Assembly: GCA_040954595.2 (NCBI GenBank)
Contig: CM082579.2
Span: 12,091,834 to 12,155,833 of the forward strand
Direction of reading: 5' to 3'
Source: Balanoglossus misakiensis
Taxonomy: Eukaryota; Animalia; Hemichordata
DNA length: 64,000 nt
Shown: piece after piece, positions 1 to 12,400 of the stretch
Layout of the letters: each line of letters begins with the position of its first letter
How positions within the stretch are numbered: position 1 is the first letter of the stretch
Notes under the pieces: model-generated
The model's database searches: none
What the model saw: only the letters and a program-made list of their open reading frames with translations
Told to the model about the DNA's origin: nothing
Program-made: the position numbers and the translations under genes

Positions 1-286
1 AATGTGGCGGAGAATGAAAGGGGGTGTCCCCCTCCCACATGAGAAAATTTTGTAAAATAAAGGGCGCGAAACTGCAATTTTGTGGACTCAAAAGCAAAAG
101 CTCGGTGGCAAAAGTATGTGACCCCCCCCTAAACGTTTAAAAAAACAGATGACCCCCCCTTTTGAACTTCAAAATTTAAGTGTTCTTTCAGGAGATGACA
201 TAAAGTGAGTTCGGAGATGAAAATATTTTGAGCTGCAGTGAAAGATATGGACTGATCAATAAATTTTGGGTGGTTTACACAATTAA

Positions 287-878
287 AGCCTCAGTATTTC
301 TCGTAGGGGCAAAATTTTGTTTGAAATGGCATCTATAATTTCTAAAAGTAGATGATAATTGATACTGAATCGAACAGTCATCATTCTCAGCTCTGCTCAT
401 AAACTCATACAATTTACAATATAACGAGTGAAGAATGACTTTCTGTCCGGACAGAAAGTCAGGCTCTGTTGACACACGTGACTACTGCGCATGCGCACTC
501 AAATGTGATTCTATGCGGAAGAGGTTTGGTCGCCCCAAATCAAGCGACTCAGCAAAGAAATGCGCACTAATTCGGCGAAATTTTGGGAAGATAACTTTAT
601 GGGAGAAATCAGTCGATGGAACCAGATCAAATCCGAAAATGGTCTGACGATCAAATGTCAAAGTGGCACGTTTGCTGATCGACATGTACAACATTTCCGT
701 TGTAAACAAACCCGCGCATCATTTCAAGTGTTACGGGCAATATTTACAGCTTGCACGTAGCTACAGTTGCCCGAACCTTTCTTCTATCTTCATTATGTAG
801 TATTCCATGATGAATGTACGGGAAAAACGGGCATTTTTCGATGATGAAAAATGGATACACACGAGAAATACTGGGGCT
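287..878. mobile_element. Non-autonomous Kolobok-type DNA transposon (MITE)
   Basis: TIRs agcctcagtatttctcgt (287-304) and acgagaaatactggggct (861-878), 1 mismatch; TTAA on both flanks (283-286, 879-882); AG..CT termini. Confidence 0.75.
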
Positions 879-1519
879 TTAATAACTTGCAATAACTGTA
901 TGCAACATTTTCAAATCTAGAAGAATGTGAAAAGCTGCTGATAAGTGTAATAATAAAAAACCTCACTGAATGTTTCAAACATCCCTCATGCTCTATGTCA
1001 ACTCCTACTTAAACATTGGCTTTGCTGCACACAGTGTTTATTCTTGTCAAAGATTGCTGAGTTTGAATAGTGTTCTTCTCTTGAAAGAACACTACTAGGT
1101 GTTCAGACGATGTATACACACTGTTCTACAGAATACCCATACATTGATTGGTCTGGGTGAATTGAGACCCAACTCTGCCCTATTTCAGTGGCAGGCCACC
1201 GAATTTGCATTCTCATTAAAGTGTTCATTGGCACTACAGAGAGCAATAGGATACTGCGATGTCTTTTATTTGCTGGCTACAGTGTTCTTTAGACTCTCTC
1301 ACAGCCCCCAGTTTGCCCCAAGGCTCTTTGCATGTTGCACACTGATGCCTGACACCTCTGCCGTGGGAACTGTGGCTGAAAGGGTTAAAGATAGTGCTTG
1401 AATACTCAATGAACAAGTGCATCATCATTCATTCGATCAGTCAGTGATGAAGAAAACAAGACTTGCAAGTAAAAAATATCTCGTAAACATTAGATATCAC
1501 TTTATGTTTTTTTTTAAAG

Positions 1520-3515
1520 ATGGAAGGAAGACCTGTGAAAAAGATGAAGTATCTTGAGACGAGAGGCGAAGAACACCCGGATGAAGGACAACAGAGAATA
1601 AAAAAGAAAGTTCGATTTGACATAGAAGCATTGAAAAATGAGAGGGAAAAAGTTGAGTCAGCAGAGATAGCTGAAAACAAGACACATTCCAAAGACAATA
1701 CAGACAGGAGAAAAATGGCCGCAGATGCAGTTGTCAAATATCTCACTCCTCACTACAAAGATGGAAAGTTTGCATCCAAGGTAAGCTGCTAGCTTGAAAG
1801 CTTTGAAGTCTCTGGAGAATATGAATCATCTTCAGTTTGTTGTTGTATTCCATCATGTCAAAGCTCTGATGAACTGCACTATATTTGTCATATATAATAT
1901 GCATCTATGCTATTAAAATTTCTGTCAAATATGTTTATACTAACTAATAATTTCTGGTGGCTGCCAAACTGTGGATTTTTTAAAATTGTAATATGGTATT
2001 GGGTCAATCTGGATATTGTGGGAAAACTTTATTCTCAGAATCTTTTCTCTCTATACGTGTCCACAGACAGGAATTTTCTTCATCAGATTTATGCAAAATA
2101 TGACAAATGAACAAATACTGTAAAAGGATTAATTATTTTCAGGCATCAAATTCTGCACAATTTACAGAAACATGCATACATGCATGAAATTGAATGTCAG
2201 GCAATCAGTCAGTCAGTATATGTCAACGTCTTCTGAAGTCAAAAACTCCAAACTTAACCATCTATTTTGTATTGTAGTATGTATATTACATGAAATGTGT
2301 GCTGTGCCCTTTTCACTATTATTACTTCTTTGTGCATTACTGTCAAATGATCCAATCTTTGCACTTTTTCCAGGAATTATTCAAAGCTCTTGCAAGAACA
2401 CTTTCACACAAAGTGATGGCAAGTTCAGCAGAGTTCAAACGACAATGTGAGTAAAATTTCTGTTGACTTCAAGTGTACACTCAATCATTTATTATAAGCT
2501 ATAGGTATTTTATGAATTCATAACGTAATGTGGTGAGTTGACCACACAATTTCACTGGGTAAAAATTGCATTCTTTGTTGATAATAAATTCCCATATTAA
2601 AACCCCACAAGCTGCCACCACCATCATATTTTTCTGCAGTGAAAAAGCTCATCTTCTCCTTATCCTTCACAGACAGATGACACCATTTCGAATTTGTGAA
2701 GATTACAATTCATGTGTTTATATGCATACCACAATAGTTGTATACTCTTGCAATGGGAGATTGAATAAATGGTGTAGCACCCATTTATTATTTCAGGGAC
2801 AAGACACCATTTATATTATTCTACATGTTGATCTATAGTGAATCAATGTTCGATCTCGCACAAGTTCCATCCTGTTTGTAGGATATGAGAGCAAACATCT
2901 CGCCAAAATGAATAAACGGGAGAGACCGATTATTCATTTTGGCAAGTGTTTCAGTCTCGTGTCAACAAGTGGGATGGAAGTTTTGTGAGGTTGAACATTC
3001 ATTCACTACACATACACATGTACATTAACATAAAATGTGTCTTGTATCAAACAAAATTAATTGAAAAAATGGCAGCGAGAGAGAGACTTTGCCCCTTTAA
3101 CCTAAATGGACCAATATATGTTTGAAAGTAAATCATGAAAAATAATGCAAAAAAAAAGGCAGCTTGTGGAGCTTGTGATATCAAGGCAGATTTAACATGG
3201 AAATATTTCAACACAGCAACAGCCAACCAGTTGATGACATGATGTAATTAGAAAGTGCATAAAGATGTTAAATTCCTTCTTTTTACCAGGAAATGGAATT
3301 ATGCGTCATCCGTGTTGGGATTCTGTGCACTATACGTTTAAACACCATAGATTACAGCAGTAGGCATAATAATATGTAGTATTTGTTATTACTTATCAGA
3401 ATATGCTGATCGAGGTAATGTTTCTCTTATTTCAGTAAAAGACTGTGCCAAAAAGTTGGTTTGGAATTACTTCAAGGAGCATCCACGATGTACATCAGAA
3501 ACAGATCTGCAGTAA
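1520..3515 (+). CDS. RECQL5: ATP-dependent DNA helicase Q5, last three coding exons (SRI domain): 1520-1780, 2374-2446, 3436-3515; upstream exons lie outside the window or were not resolved
   Basis: AG/GT boundaries with compatible phases. Spliced translation ...AADAVVKYLTPHYKDGKFASK|ELFKALARTLSHKVMASSAEFKRQ|LKDCAKKLVWNYFKEHPRCTSETDLQ* matches the RECQL5 C-terminal SRI pattern (VVKxLTPxYKxGKFASKELFKxxARxLSH...RCxSExD). Confidence 0.9.
2836..3008. repeat. Long imperfect palindrome (hairpin) in a RECQL5 intron, probably from a hairpin-type DNA transposon
   Basis: Arms of ~85 nt: tagtgaat...gccaaaatgaataaacgg / ccgattattcattttggc...attcacta. Weaker pairing continues outward (acaagacac / gtgtcttgt). 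Confidence 0.7.
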
Positions 3516-5353
3516 CACCAGCCATACTCGTAGTCCCAAGCCCATGCATGCAGAGTTGCATAGCTTGACAATACTTGGAAGAGATGGAGTACTGTGGACT
3601 GTAATGGACAAAAAGTACTGCTATTTTGGTATGAATTTCTGAGCCGTCAAGTTTGTTCGACAAGCTCTGGGGTTCAGAGAGTTAATCATGAAGATGAAGT
3701 GTGACATATCTACCGTATTGCAGGTGTGATTCGACAAGATGCAAATTATCAACCGATACATATATGACCGTGAATGACAATGTTTTATGTTATTAAAAAA
3801 TTCCAATTTTAGGTCCCATTCGCAAATTAGCTTGTAAAATGTCAAATTGGTCAAAACTCAACAACTATTGGGCATATTGCTTTGAAAATTTTATGCATGT
3901 GCCTTATGTCTACCTCATACAGTCCTGTAGTTTTGACCTAATATCGCAAATTTTCAAGTTTTTTTTTCTTTTTCCATATCATTGGTAAAAATCTTCCTCT
4001 CTGAAAGTGATTGGCTGATTTCTTTAAAAATTAGTATGAAGCTTCCTATAGGTGATCTAAGTTACTGTAGTTTTGTTCAAATTGTTGCAAAATTTGCATG
4101 TTTATCATTGTGGATCACTTTTTGCCATTTTTGGTAAAAAGTAACTTTCTCTAAAACCGCTTGTCGGATTGCTTTGAAATTTGGTTGGCATGTTCTTCGT
4201 GGTCATAGTAAGATATTTACAATTTTGTTGATATTTGCATATTTGTTTTTTGGGGGTCAGTTTTTGCCATTGTTGAACAGATATTGTTTTCTCTGAAGCT
4301 GCTTGTCAGATTGCTTTCAAATTACATGTAGGTCTATCTGCTTGCTAATGTCACCTGTGAGTTTTAGTCTGGTGTATGCTTGCATAGTGAAGTTGTTTTG
4401 AAACAAGATGTTTTATATTTTATAGGTATACAGTCACCTTCAATTTACATACTCCCATATATGGCCGAAATGGCGTATTTGAGCATCCTCTTAAAGAACA
4501 TTTGGTGGCGCTCTTTTTTCCTGTGTGCCACCCACTGAAAATCTGTGATTGGCTATGTCTCAATTTGCCATGGTAACTATAGCCAATTTTCCATAGGTGA
4601 CCGTATACCTTTAACATGAAATGTATTCATTTTCAAATGTTTAGTCCATGTAACAGACAGCATGCATTGGCTATGCTAATACTATCAGGACATTTGCTAT
4701 GAATGTGCCATAATGAAGAAATCAACATATATTTAGAACCCGCAAGATGGTGCCAACACATAATTCATGTTCCTTACCGATTGAGTTGACTGTTTCACAC
4801 ATAGCCATCACTTCAATTTATTCAAAGGGCCACTATCTGTAACTTCTGGCATTTTTTTCAGCATATGTTTTCCTCAATAGTAGTGTCCCAACACACCCAC
4901 TTTTCTGCTTGTCAACTTTCATGTAGCGATCAGTGTTATTGTTGACAAACTCAAGTATTCCAGACTTGCATACAATTTTAAACCAATGTGACAGTGTTGA
5001 TTATGCACACATGGGCATTATTCAGACGATTGTCACTACACATTGAACACTTTCTCAGGGAGCCTGACAAGAAACCAGAGATATTGCACCTTGCCATACC
5101 AGTAGTGTTAAATAGGCATGTGCCATACACAAAGAGAAGAATTTTTTTTCAAAGCATCATGTGAAGATTACCCAAATTTGCAAACTGTGTCAAAGATACA
5201 TTCATGATGAGGTTGATTCACACATTTTTCTGACCTTTGTTTTCTGTTTTCAACAGCTATTTGTTCAAAAAAGGTGCTCCTGAATTTTCGACAAAGGGAA
5301 CTGAAAAGGTGCTCTCCCATACGTGATTTTCATTATAGTACAGTCTTCCTTAA

Positions 5354-5773
5354 GGCCAGAGAGAAAAAAAATCTTGTTCATCGGATTTTTTGGACCAAGT
5401 TCCAGGAGCGGCAAACGAATATTTTTTTTTTATTTTTTTTTAGGCTGAAGGTAAATGCAGTTCTCTGGCATATTTGCACAGATGCAGACGGGGCGAGATA
5501 ATTGTTTTCCTTTTTACCAGAAATATCTCAGACAAAAACACTGATACATGTACTTGTAACTGAATTCAATACTATATTTCCCAACAATAACGTAGGCCAT
5601 TACATTTACAGTTGGTGTTTGCACAACATATTCTGGCCACCAGCGCCAGTACTAAGAATTTTGTAACACGGAAGTAGAATATTTGCCGAGATCCAAAAAA
5701 AAAAAAAAAATTTCCAAATCAGCCAAAGTAGAAGCGGCGATTCCGATGAACAATTTATTTTTTCTTCCTGGCC
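5354..5773. mobile_element. PIF/Harbinger-type MITE
   Basis: TIRs ggccagagagaaaaaaa..ttgttcatcgga / tccgatgaacaa..ttttttcttcctggcc; TAA on both flanks. Confidence 0.65.
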
Positions 5774-6795
5774 TAAGGGACATTTGATCTGCAATATGTA
5801 TTCCTTTGGTAATCAATACATTTTTCTCTTAAATAAACAATAGTTATGTTTTTTGCCTCTCTGATATTGTATTTTCACACTATGAATGTGAAACAGCTTA
5901 GTTGACTAAATGATTATGTTTGTATCTTGTATTTGTGAGAGAAGTATTGACTTGTACTATTAAGACAATAAAGTCATTTTGCAATACCATCTTCCTGTTT
6001 GAATCAAACATTGTTTTTTTAGTAAGCTCAATGAAGATGTCGACACTTAACAGTGTTTCATCCAGGATGACATCAACATGGTGGATATGTCCCCCCTTTG
6101 CTGGAGATTTCACTTTGGCAAGGGGAAATGTAATATGTTCAACATGTGAGTGACATCATTTTAAGGGGTGCTGGTTCCCCCCTTGGCAGTGTGCCCTTCA
6201 ATGTTGATAAAGCCCTTGAGAACTTACTGGGCATAGTATCAAACAATCATGTGGAAAAATCTTGGTCACTGCTTATAGACAATGTGCTTTTTTGATCAAC
6301 TCCCTTCTTAATAATTCAGTATAAAACACATCATACCAGGGCTTGTACATGATGCTATATTCACTTCCTGTAATTACAATAGGTTAAAAATCCTGAGCAA
6401 GGTCAGTGAATAGCGCCACCTAGCGGATGAGAGCAGAATGGTCAGCGAGGAATCATGCCCCACCCCCGGGCACAAAACCTTTCACTATCTCTGTTATTTT
6501 CAAGAATTCCTATAATATTCTCACCAGAAGTTCATGACCGATCTGTGATTTCAGTTGTAGGTTCTTGAGGGAGTCAATGTTCTGTAATTAAATTCACACT
6601 TTGCCATGTAAATTCTGGGTATTTGACCTATGAATTTTGGAAAGCTATGATCGCAGTTATTGTCAGGTATGATCGCAATTATCATCTGGTATGAATAATG
6701 TGCAGCTATTATTTGAAGGTTTTTCCCCCTTTTAGTGTAATGTATTTTGACAACTGATGTTTATCAATATGATAATTTGATATCAACTTTGACTA

Positions 6796-7560
6796 AGGCT
6801 GCATTCACAAACACCTCTGGAGGGGGGGGCGGGAGAATTCAATTTTTTTTACCGCTAATTTTCACATGCCCCCCTATACAACCCGAAATATTTTCAAATC
6901 CCCCCCTTCCGAACTGCCAAAATTTTGAAATCCCCCCCCCCCCCCCATTTTCTTTCACAGAGCAAAACACGTCACCTATATATCTTGTAAAAAAAAGAAA
7001 AACAGCGCTCCCATGAAAAGAATTTGAAACCGATGTTTCCCCTCATCTGTGGGTAGTAAAACTGAACATTGTTTTTTTTTTAAGTATTTTTATTCTGTGT
7101 TGGGAGACATTGTAAACCGAGAATTGAAGGGGGTGGGTTTGGGAGGGGGTGGCCCCCTCCCACGTAAGAAAATTTTATAAAATACAGAGCTCAAAGCTGC
7201 ATTTTAATGAACCCGGCAAAAGCAAATTAACGTCGCCGCTCAAAGTTATCATGGGGTGGGGGCAAGTCCCCTGACCTGGGACACTAGATAAACCAGTCAA
7301 TGATTGAAAGGTGTTGATGAATGGAGGGGGTGGGTGTGGGAGGGGGTGTCCCCCTCCCACATTAGAAAATTTTGTAAAATAAAGGGCGCGAAACTGCATT
7401 TTTGTGGACTCAAAATAAATATTTAGTCGTCAAAGTTTTCAAGTCCCCCCCTTTTAGTCCCTAAATTATTTCAAATCCCCCCCTTACATACCCTCAATTT
7501 TTTCAAATCCCCCCCCCTCAATTCTCCTGCCCCCCCCCTCCAGAGGTGTTTGATGATGCA
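6796..7560. mobile_element. PIF/Harbinger-type MITE; internal sequence shared with 1-180 and 57658-57952
   Basis: TIRs tgcattcacaaacacctctggaggggggg / ccccccctccagaggtgtttgatgatgca; the internal block ggggtgtcccctcccac..gaaaattttgtaaaataaagggcgcgaaactgca recurs at 21-80. Confidence 0.6.
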
Positions 7561-8242
7561 ATGCAGTGCAATCACAATAGCTGATGTGATGCGAACATGT
7601 TGCTCTATACAATGCGATTATTCTTGAGATGTGATGTTAATGTGAAGATACATGAGAACTCTTGTGGGCTCTGTAATGCACCGTCTTTTACATGCGACTC
7701 AACAGTAACTTCAACCAGTCATATACCTCACATTTCTTGTTTTCTCTTGTTTTCTTCTCATATTTTCTATTCCTCAACCTAAATGATTTTCACTCTCTAA
7801 ATTCAAATGTTCCATGAACTTTTTCAAAATGTTGAAGTTGACCACATAATTCTCTTAAACCATGCATAGTTTTAATCTTCCAATTATTTCATGCTTGCAT
7901 GAGGTTGGAAGTCATCGATACTATGGTTGGTTGTCTGTGTGGAGAGTATGAACCACCTATGACTGGTGGACCCAACCTGATTGTATCTCCACAGATAAAG
8001 ATGGTCTGTGATCTCAGCAGAAAAGCAAGCAGTTTTCAAATACCAACTAGACTACATGTGGAAGGCCTGTACAAGGAAAGTGGGTGCGATATAGTACAAG
8101 CGGTTTATCAATTAATTATGATTGAACGGGCTAATGAATATTCAATTTTATTTTAGAAGAAAACAATTGACATAAAAGAAACAGACGGTTGCGAGAAAAA
8201 TATAACTCGACTCTTTCATGGCAATGTTCAAAGAAATCAACA

Positions 8243-8346
8243 GTATTCCCAGGCGGTCTCATATCCAAGCACTAACCACGCCCACCGCAGTATTGCTTCG
8301 GTGATCAGATGAGAACCGGCTTATTCTACGTGGTATGGCCGTAGGC
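8243..8346 (-). pseudogene. 3'-truncated 5S rRNA copy (divergent variant B)
   Basis: Minus strand GCCTACGGCCATACCACGTAGAATAAGCCGGTTCTC...GACCGCCTGGGAATAC; the last ~15 nt are missing; tandem with the copy at 8506. Confidence 0.85.
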
Positions 8347-8505
8347 GAAGAATGGTTGAATTTCTACTGCTATAAAAAAGAATCCTACACCATTGAACAC
8401 ATAGTGGTTTCCTGGAATTCAGACACTTACAGAAAAGGGAAGAAACGGACACTTGGGACTAAAATATTACCCAGGCTACTCTTTAATGGAAAATTTGAAA
8501 AAATA

Positions 8506-8624
8506 AGCCTACAGCACGTAGTATTCCCAGGCGGTCTCATATCCAAGCACTTACTACGCCCACCGCAGTATTGCTTCGATGATTAGATGAGAACCGGCTT
8601 ATTCTACGTGGTATGGCCGTAGGC
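8506..8624 (-). rRNA. 5S rRNA gene, divergent variant B (possibly a pseudogene)
   Basis: Full 119 nt from GCCTACGGCC to GCTGTAGGCT, followed by a T-run (Pol III terminator). Many substitutions versus the 55336 copy, including in the internal control region. Confidence 0.8.
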
Positions 8625-8984
8625 GAAGAATGGTTGAATTTCTACTGTTATAAACCAGAATCCTACACCATTGAACACATAGCCAGACTTGGCCAATGTT
8701 TGTGAGTAACCGATCGACCTTCCATAGATTATAAGGCAAGTGAGATGGGGAAAATGGGGTTTGTTTTGTTCTGCAAAAAGTGATTTCCTGGAATTCAGAC
8801 ACATGCAGAAAAAGGGAAAAACTGACACTTTCGACAAAAATATGACCCATCAGGCTACTCTTAATTGTCCTTTGATTCGTGAGGGAAAGAGAGGTCATAC
8901 GTACATAGTGCACAGTAAGTGTACGCTTTAATGTCAACCAGAATAATCCAGAGCAATCCAAGGAAAATACATGCATATACAACA

Positions 8985-8990
8985 TTTATT
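8985..8990 (-). terminator. Candidate polyadenylation signal of the lectin-GAIN gene
   Basis: AATAAA on the minus strand ~490 nt after the stop, followed by GT-rich sequence. Confidence 0.45.
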
Positions 8991-9478
8991 TTAATTACAG
9001 AATACTATAACTCCACCAATTAATGACAAGTACTATTCCGGGTAGTTACAAAACAGAAATATTGATCAATGTATACATCAATATATCCTATCCTGGCAGA
9101 TTACAAAGAAATGAATAAATTGCATCGGACTGTATGTACAAAAACATACATGCACGCAACCTAACAAAATACATTCTTTTTAACCCCTTGACTACCTAGA
9201 GTATCAGAATTTTCCGGCACTACATCAAATTCTCACCAAAACGCTTCTCGTTCGGACAAGTTTGTGAACACCTCTAGCTAAATGAACATCAACTCTTTTC
9301 ACATTTAATGCATTTAATCAAGAAAAATCGATCCAAAATGGCTAAATGAACACTTCGTTCTTCATACAATTTAAAAGAAATAAAAAAACGAAAACATTTT
9401 GAAAGTTACACCATTTGATTAGAACTCGTCCCATAAGATTATTTTGTCGATTTTGTAAACCAAACGGACGCCCCTGTG

Positions 9479-12400
9479 CTAAACGTGGAATCGTCCATCA
9501 GATTCAACAACTCCCACCATAGCACTGAAAACAGTCAGGTGATTACACAGACAAAGGGTAGAATTGAAGTCAGATTTTGGTGACACCTGCAAGATAACAA
9601 GCAGAAAAAGTACGTATTAACATAGGAGTGGGCGTTTCTTTGCAATTGAAAACAAGATCAAACACCTGGTTTACGTCCCAGCTATAATATGATTGAAAAG
9701 CGTCGTCACTTACATCCGTGCTAATTACAGCATTTTCCACGTCTCATCATTAATCGTAAGATGCAGTACCTTCTGCATTTTTATTTTTTGTTGCATATTT
9801 ATCCGCAGTATCCCCTAAAATCACGCTATTTGACACTTGTCTTCAGTTTCATTGCTTGGAAGTACAGGGAGCATATCAATTATTGCAAAATTGGAAGAAA
9901 AGTGATTATACCTTACAACCATTATTTTGCCATTTAGTCTCATCAAAGTAGCTACATCTGTGTTGAGTAGTGAGAACCTTGATGTCAACCCCATGGGCTG
10001 TAGAGAAAAAAGAAAAAACAGAACTAACTTCGGTTTCTTCCATCTATTTCATATAAAATCAACTGGAGTATCTTTTAAAGTCGTGAAACAGGGGTCACGC
10101 TCGAATATTTCGACACAAGGCCAAATTTTCTGATATTTTAAATTCAAAATGGCCGCCAATATGTTAGTCAATCCAACAGGGCAACATTAAATTGGAGATT
10201 TTATGACAACGAGCCGGTAATCACCAGAACTTTCAACATACTTCATGATGGCAATGAATATTATTAGCTTAATATGTGCCCCACGCACAATATTAACTAG
10301 TTTTTTTTCATTTGCATTTAAGACCTGCATACTAAAGCTGGTTGTATTCTGATTAGCCGTTTTTGAAATATCGCGCTAACAGACAGATACACACAGAAGA
10401 GGCGATAGCATTACCTCGCCATTATCCCAGGAGGTGAAACTCGCAAAAAGCAAAAACTGGCAGCTCTTAATGAAATCGCAAGATCGTGGCATTATTTCCT
10501 ATATATACATGTTGGTTTTTGAATTCGACAGTAAAATAAACAGCAAAAATCAACAACAACAAAAACACAATTTACCACTGGTAGGCCTAAGGTCAAAGAC
10601 TATGTAATACAAGCCCGTCCTGGTGATCTTTGATTCTGGTAGAAATAAGGATGATGTACACCCTGCAAATACCAACTCAGTTACATAATGGAAACCACTG
10701 TAGCCACCGACGGCGTCAAGTCTTTCCAGTGACATGTATGCTGTAGTAGTCTCGAAGACAGGTACTGATGCTTCCATGGTGATTTGAAATGCAGAGTAGG
10801 CCGATAGCGCCTGCAACGTAAATAATGAGAAATTGACGCAAGATTAACTTCACACGAGGAAATTCGTGGGGTAAAATATAACACTGTGTTTGAAACGGCA
10901 CCATTGTCATTTATACCCTTTGCAGAGTGTCTTAACGTATAAGTCAAACAACTATAGATTAATCATAATTTATGACCATGTCCACTGTAAATAATGACGG
11001 GGATATTGATATTAAAGCCGAAGGCTAGTAAGCGCAAATTGCATATCCATTCCTGCTACGTTGAAAGGTTTACAAAGATCTACAGCAATTTCGGGCGACA
11101 GCGATACCTAAGTAACAATGATGCAAATTATTTATCATTCCATAATGATAGATGATCAAATGGTTATGTTAAAGACTGGATCAGAAACATGCAATGATCA
11201 GTGAAATTCACATAGTATGTGCGTGAAGATTACCGTTACTGTCAATGCATAGTGAGTGACTCCTTCACTTCTAACGTATAATCCTCTGACGATGCTTTCA
11301 GTTATAGGTGTCTGGTAATTCCCAAGCCATACGCCGAGATCCTTGGAAGCATTTTTCACTGAAAAGGGACATGTTCCGTGATAATTTCAAATAATGCCGA
11401 AACTAAATTCACAAATTGGACATTAGTTCTACCCTCCAACATGAAAATGTTAGGGAGTATTGTTTATACAAGTATGTGGCTGGCTTTCTAGGTAAAGTTG
11501 TTTGAAAGAAGGAATTCGCCATTTCCGATTTAAATGGTGCGACGTTAACTGGTAAAATATTGAGTTCCATGCGAATGTAAGGATGCCACTGATGGCCTTA
11601 ATGAAAACCAACCTTTAATCTCATTACCGTCTTCATCTCTGAATTCCAGGGACAGTATATCGGTAGTGAAGCCATGTGTCCTTGCCAATCTGTGGGGGTT
11701 CCCACCGAAACGGAAAATCTAAATGTAAAACAAAATTACTTTAATTATTCCTCGAGTACCAGAACGCCTTGTGACAACAACAGAATTGTACATAAAACCA
11801 AAGATCGTCATTAGAAATGTTTATGGTCCTAAAATTGTAAAAAAATGACAACGGTTCCATTGACACAGTTATCAGCCTAAAGTTCATCCAATATAAAAGT
11901 CATATTTATGTTAATTGGCGGCAAATAGTTATACGAATATCCATATACAAGAAAAGAGTAATGTTTGATATAAAGGAACATTATATTTTTCTTAATATTA
12001 TCGAAGTTGTGTACATACCATCCTGTTCAAGACTGTGTCCCGTGACAATTGTGGAAACATAATGTCTGCATGTGGAATACTAAATCCACTTCCATCTCCA
12101 ATCATTAGGGTGACGTTGCACAAGTCCTGCACAAAGTTCTTTTCCAGATGCAGCACAAGAGAAGAAGTTTTCACGATGATTGGTCCATGCCCACAGGTAG
12201 TCTCGTTCAGTATAAACATTGATAACTGGTGGAATACTTTCGTTGTTATCTTTGTCAGGTGATTTGCCTGCCCGGGATTCAACTTCTCGCTCGGATTGGT
12301 GTCAATTAGGTTCTGCATTCTGTCTATCACTTTTTGCATGACATTCAGTGTTTCTGAAATATGTAAACATTGGCATTTAAAACTATGTCACTCTGTCTGA

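Noticed and set aside
486-497. NRF1-type TGCGCATGCGCA promoter
   Set aside because: It lies inside a Kolobok-type MITE within a probable RECQL5 intron; no gene start nearby.
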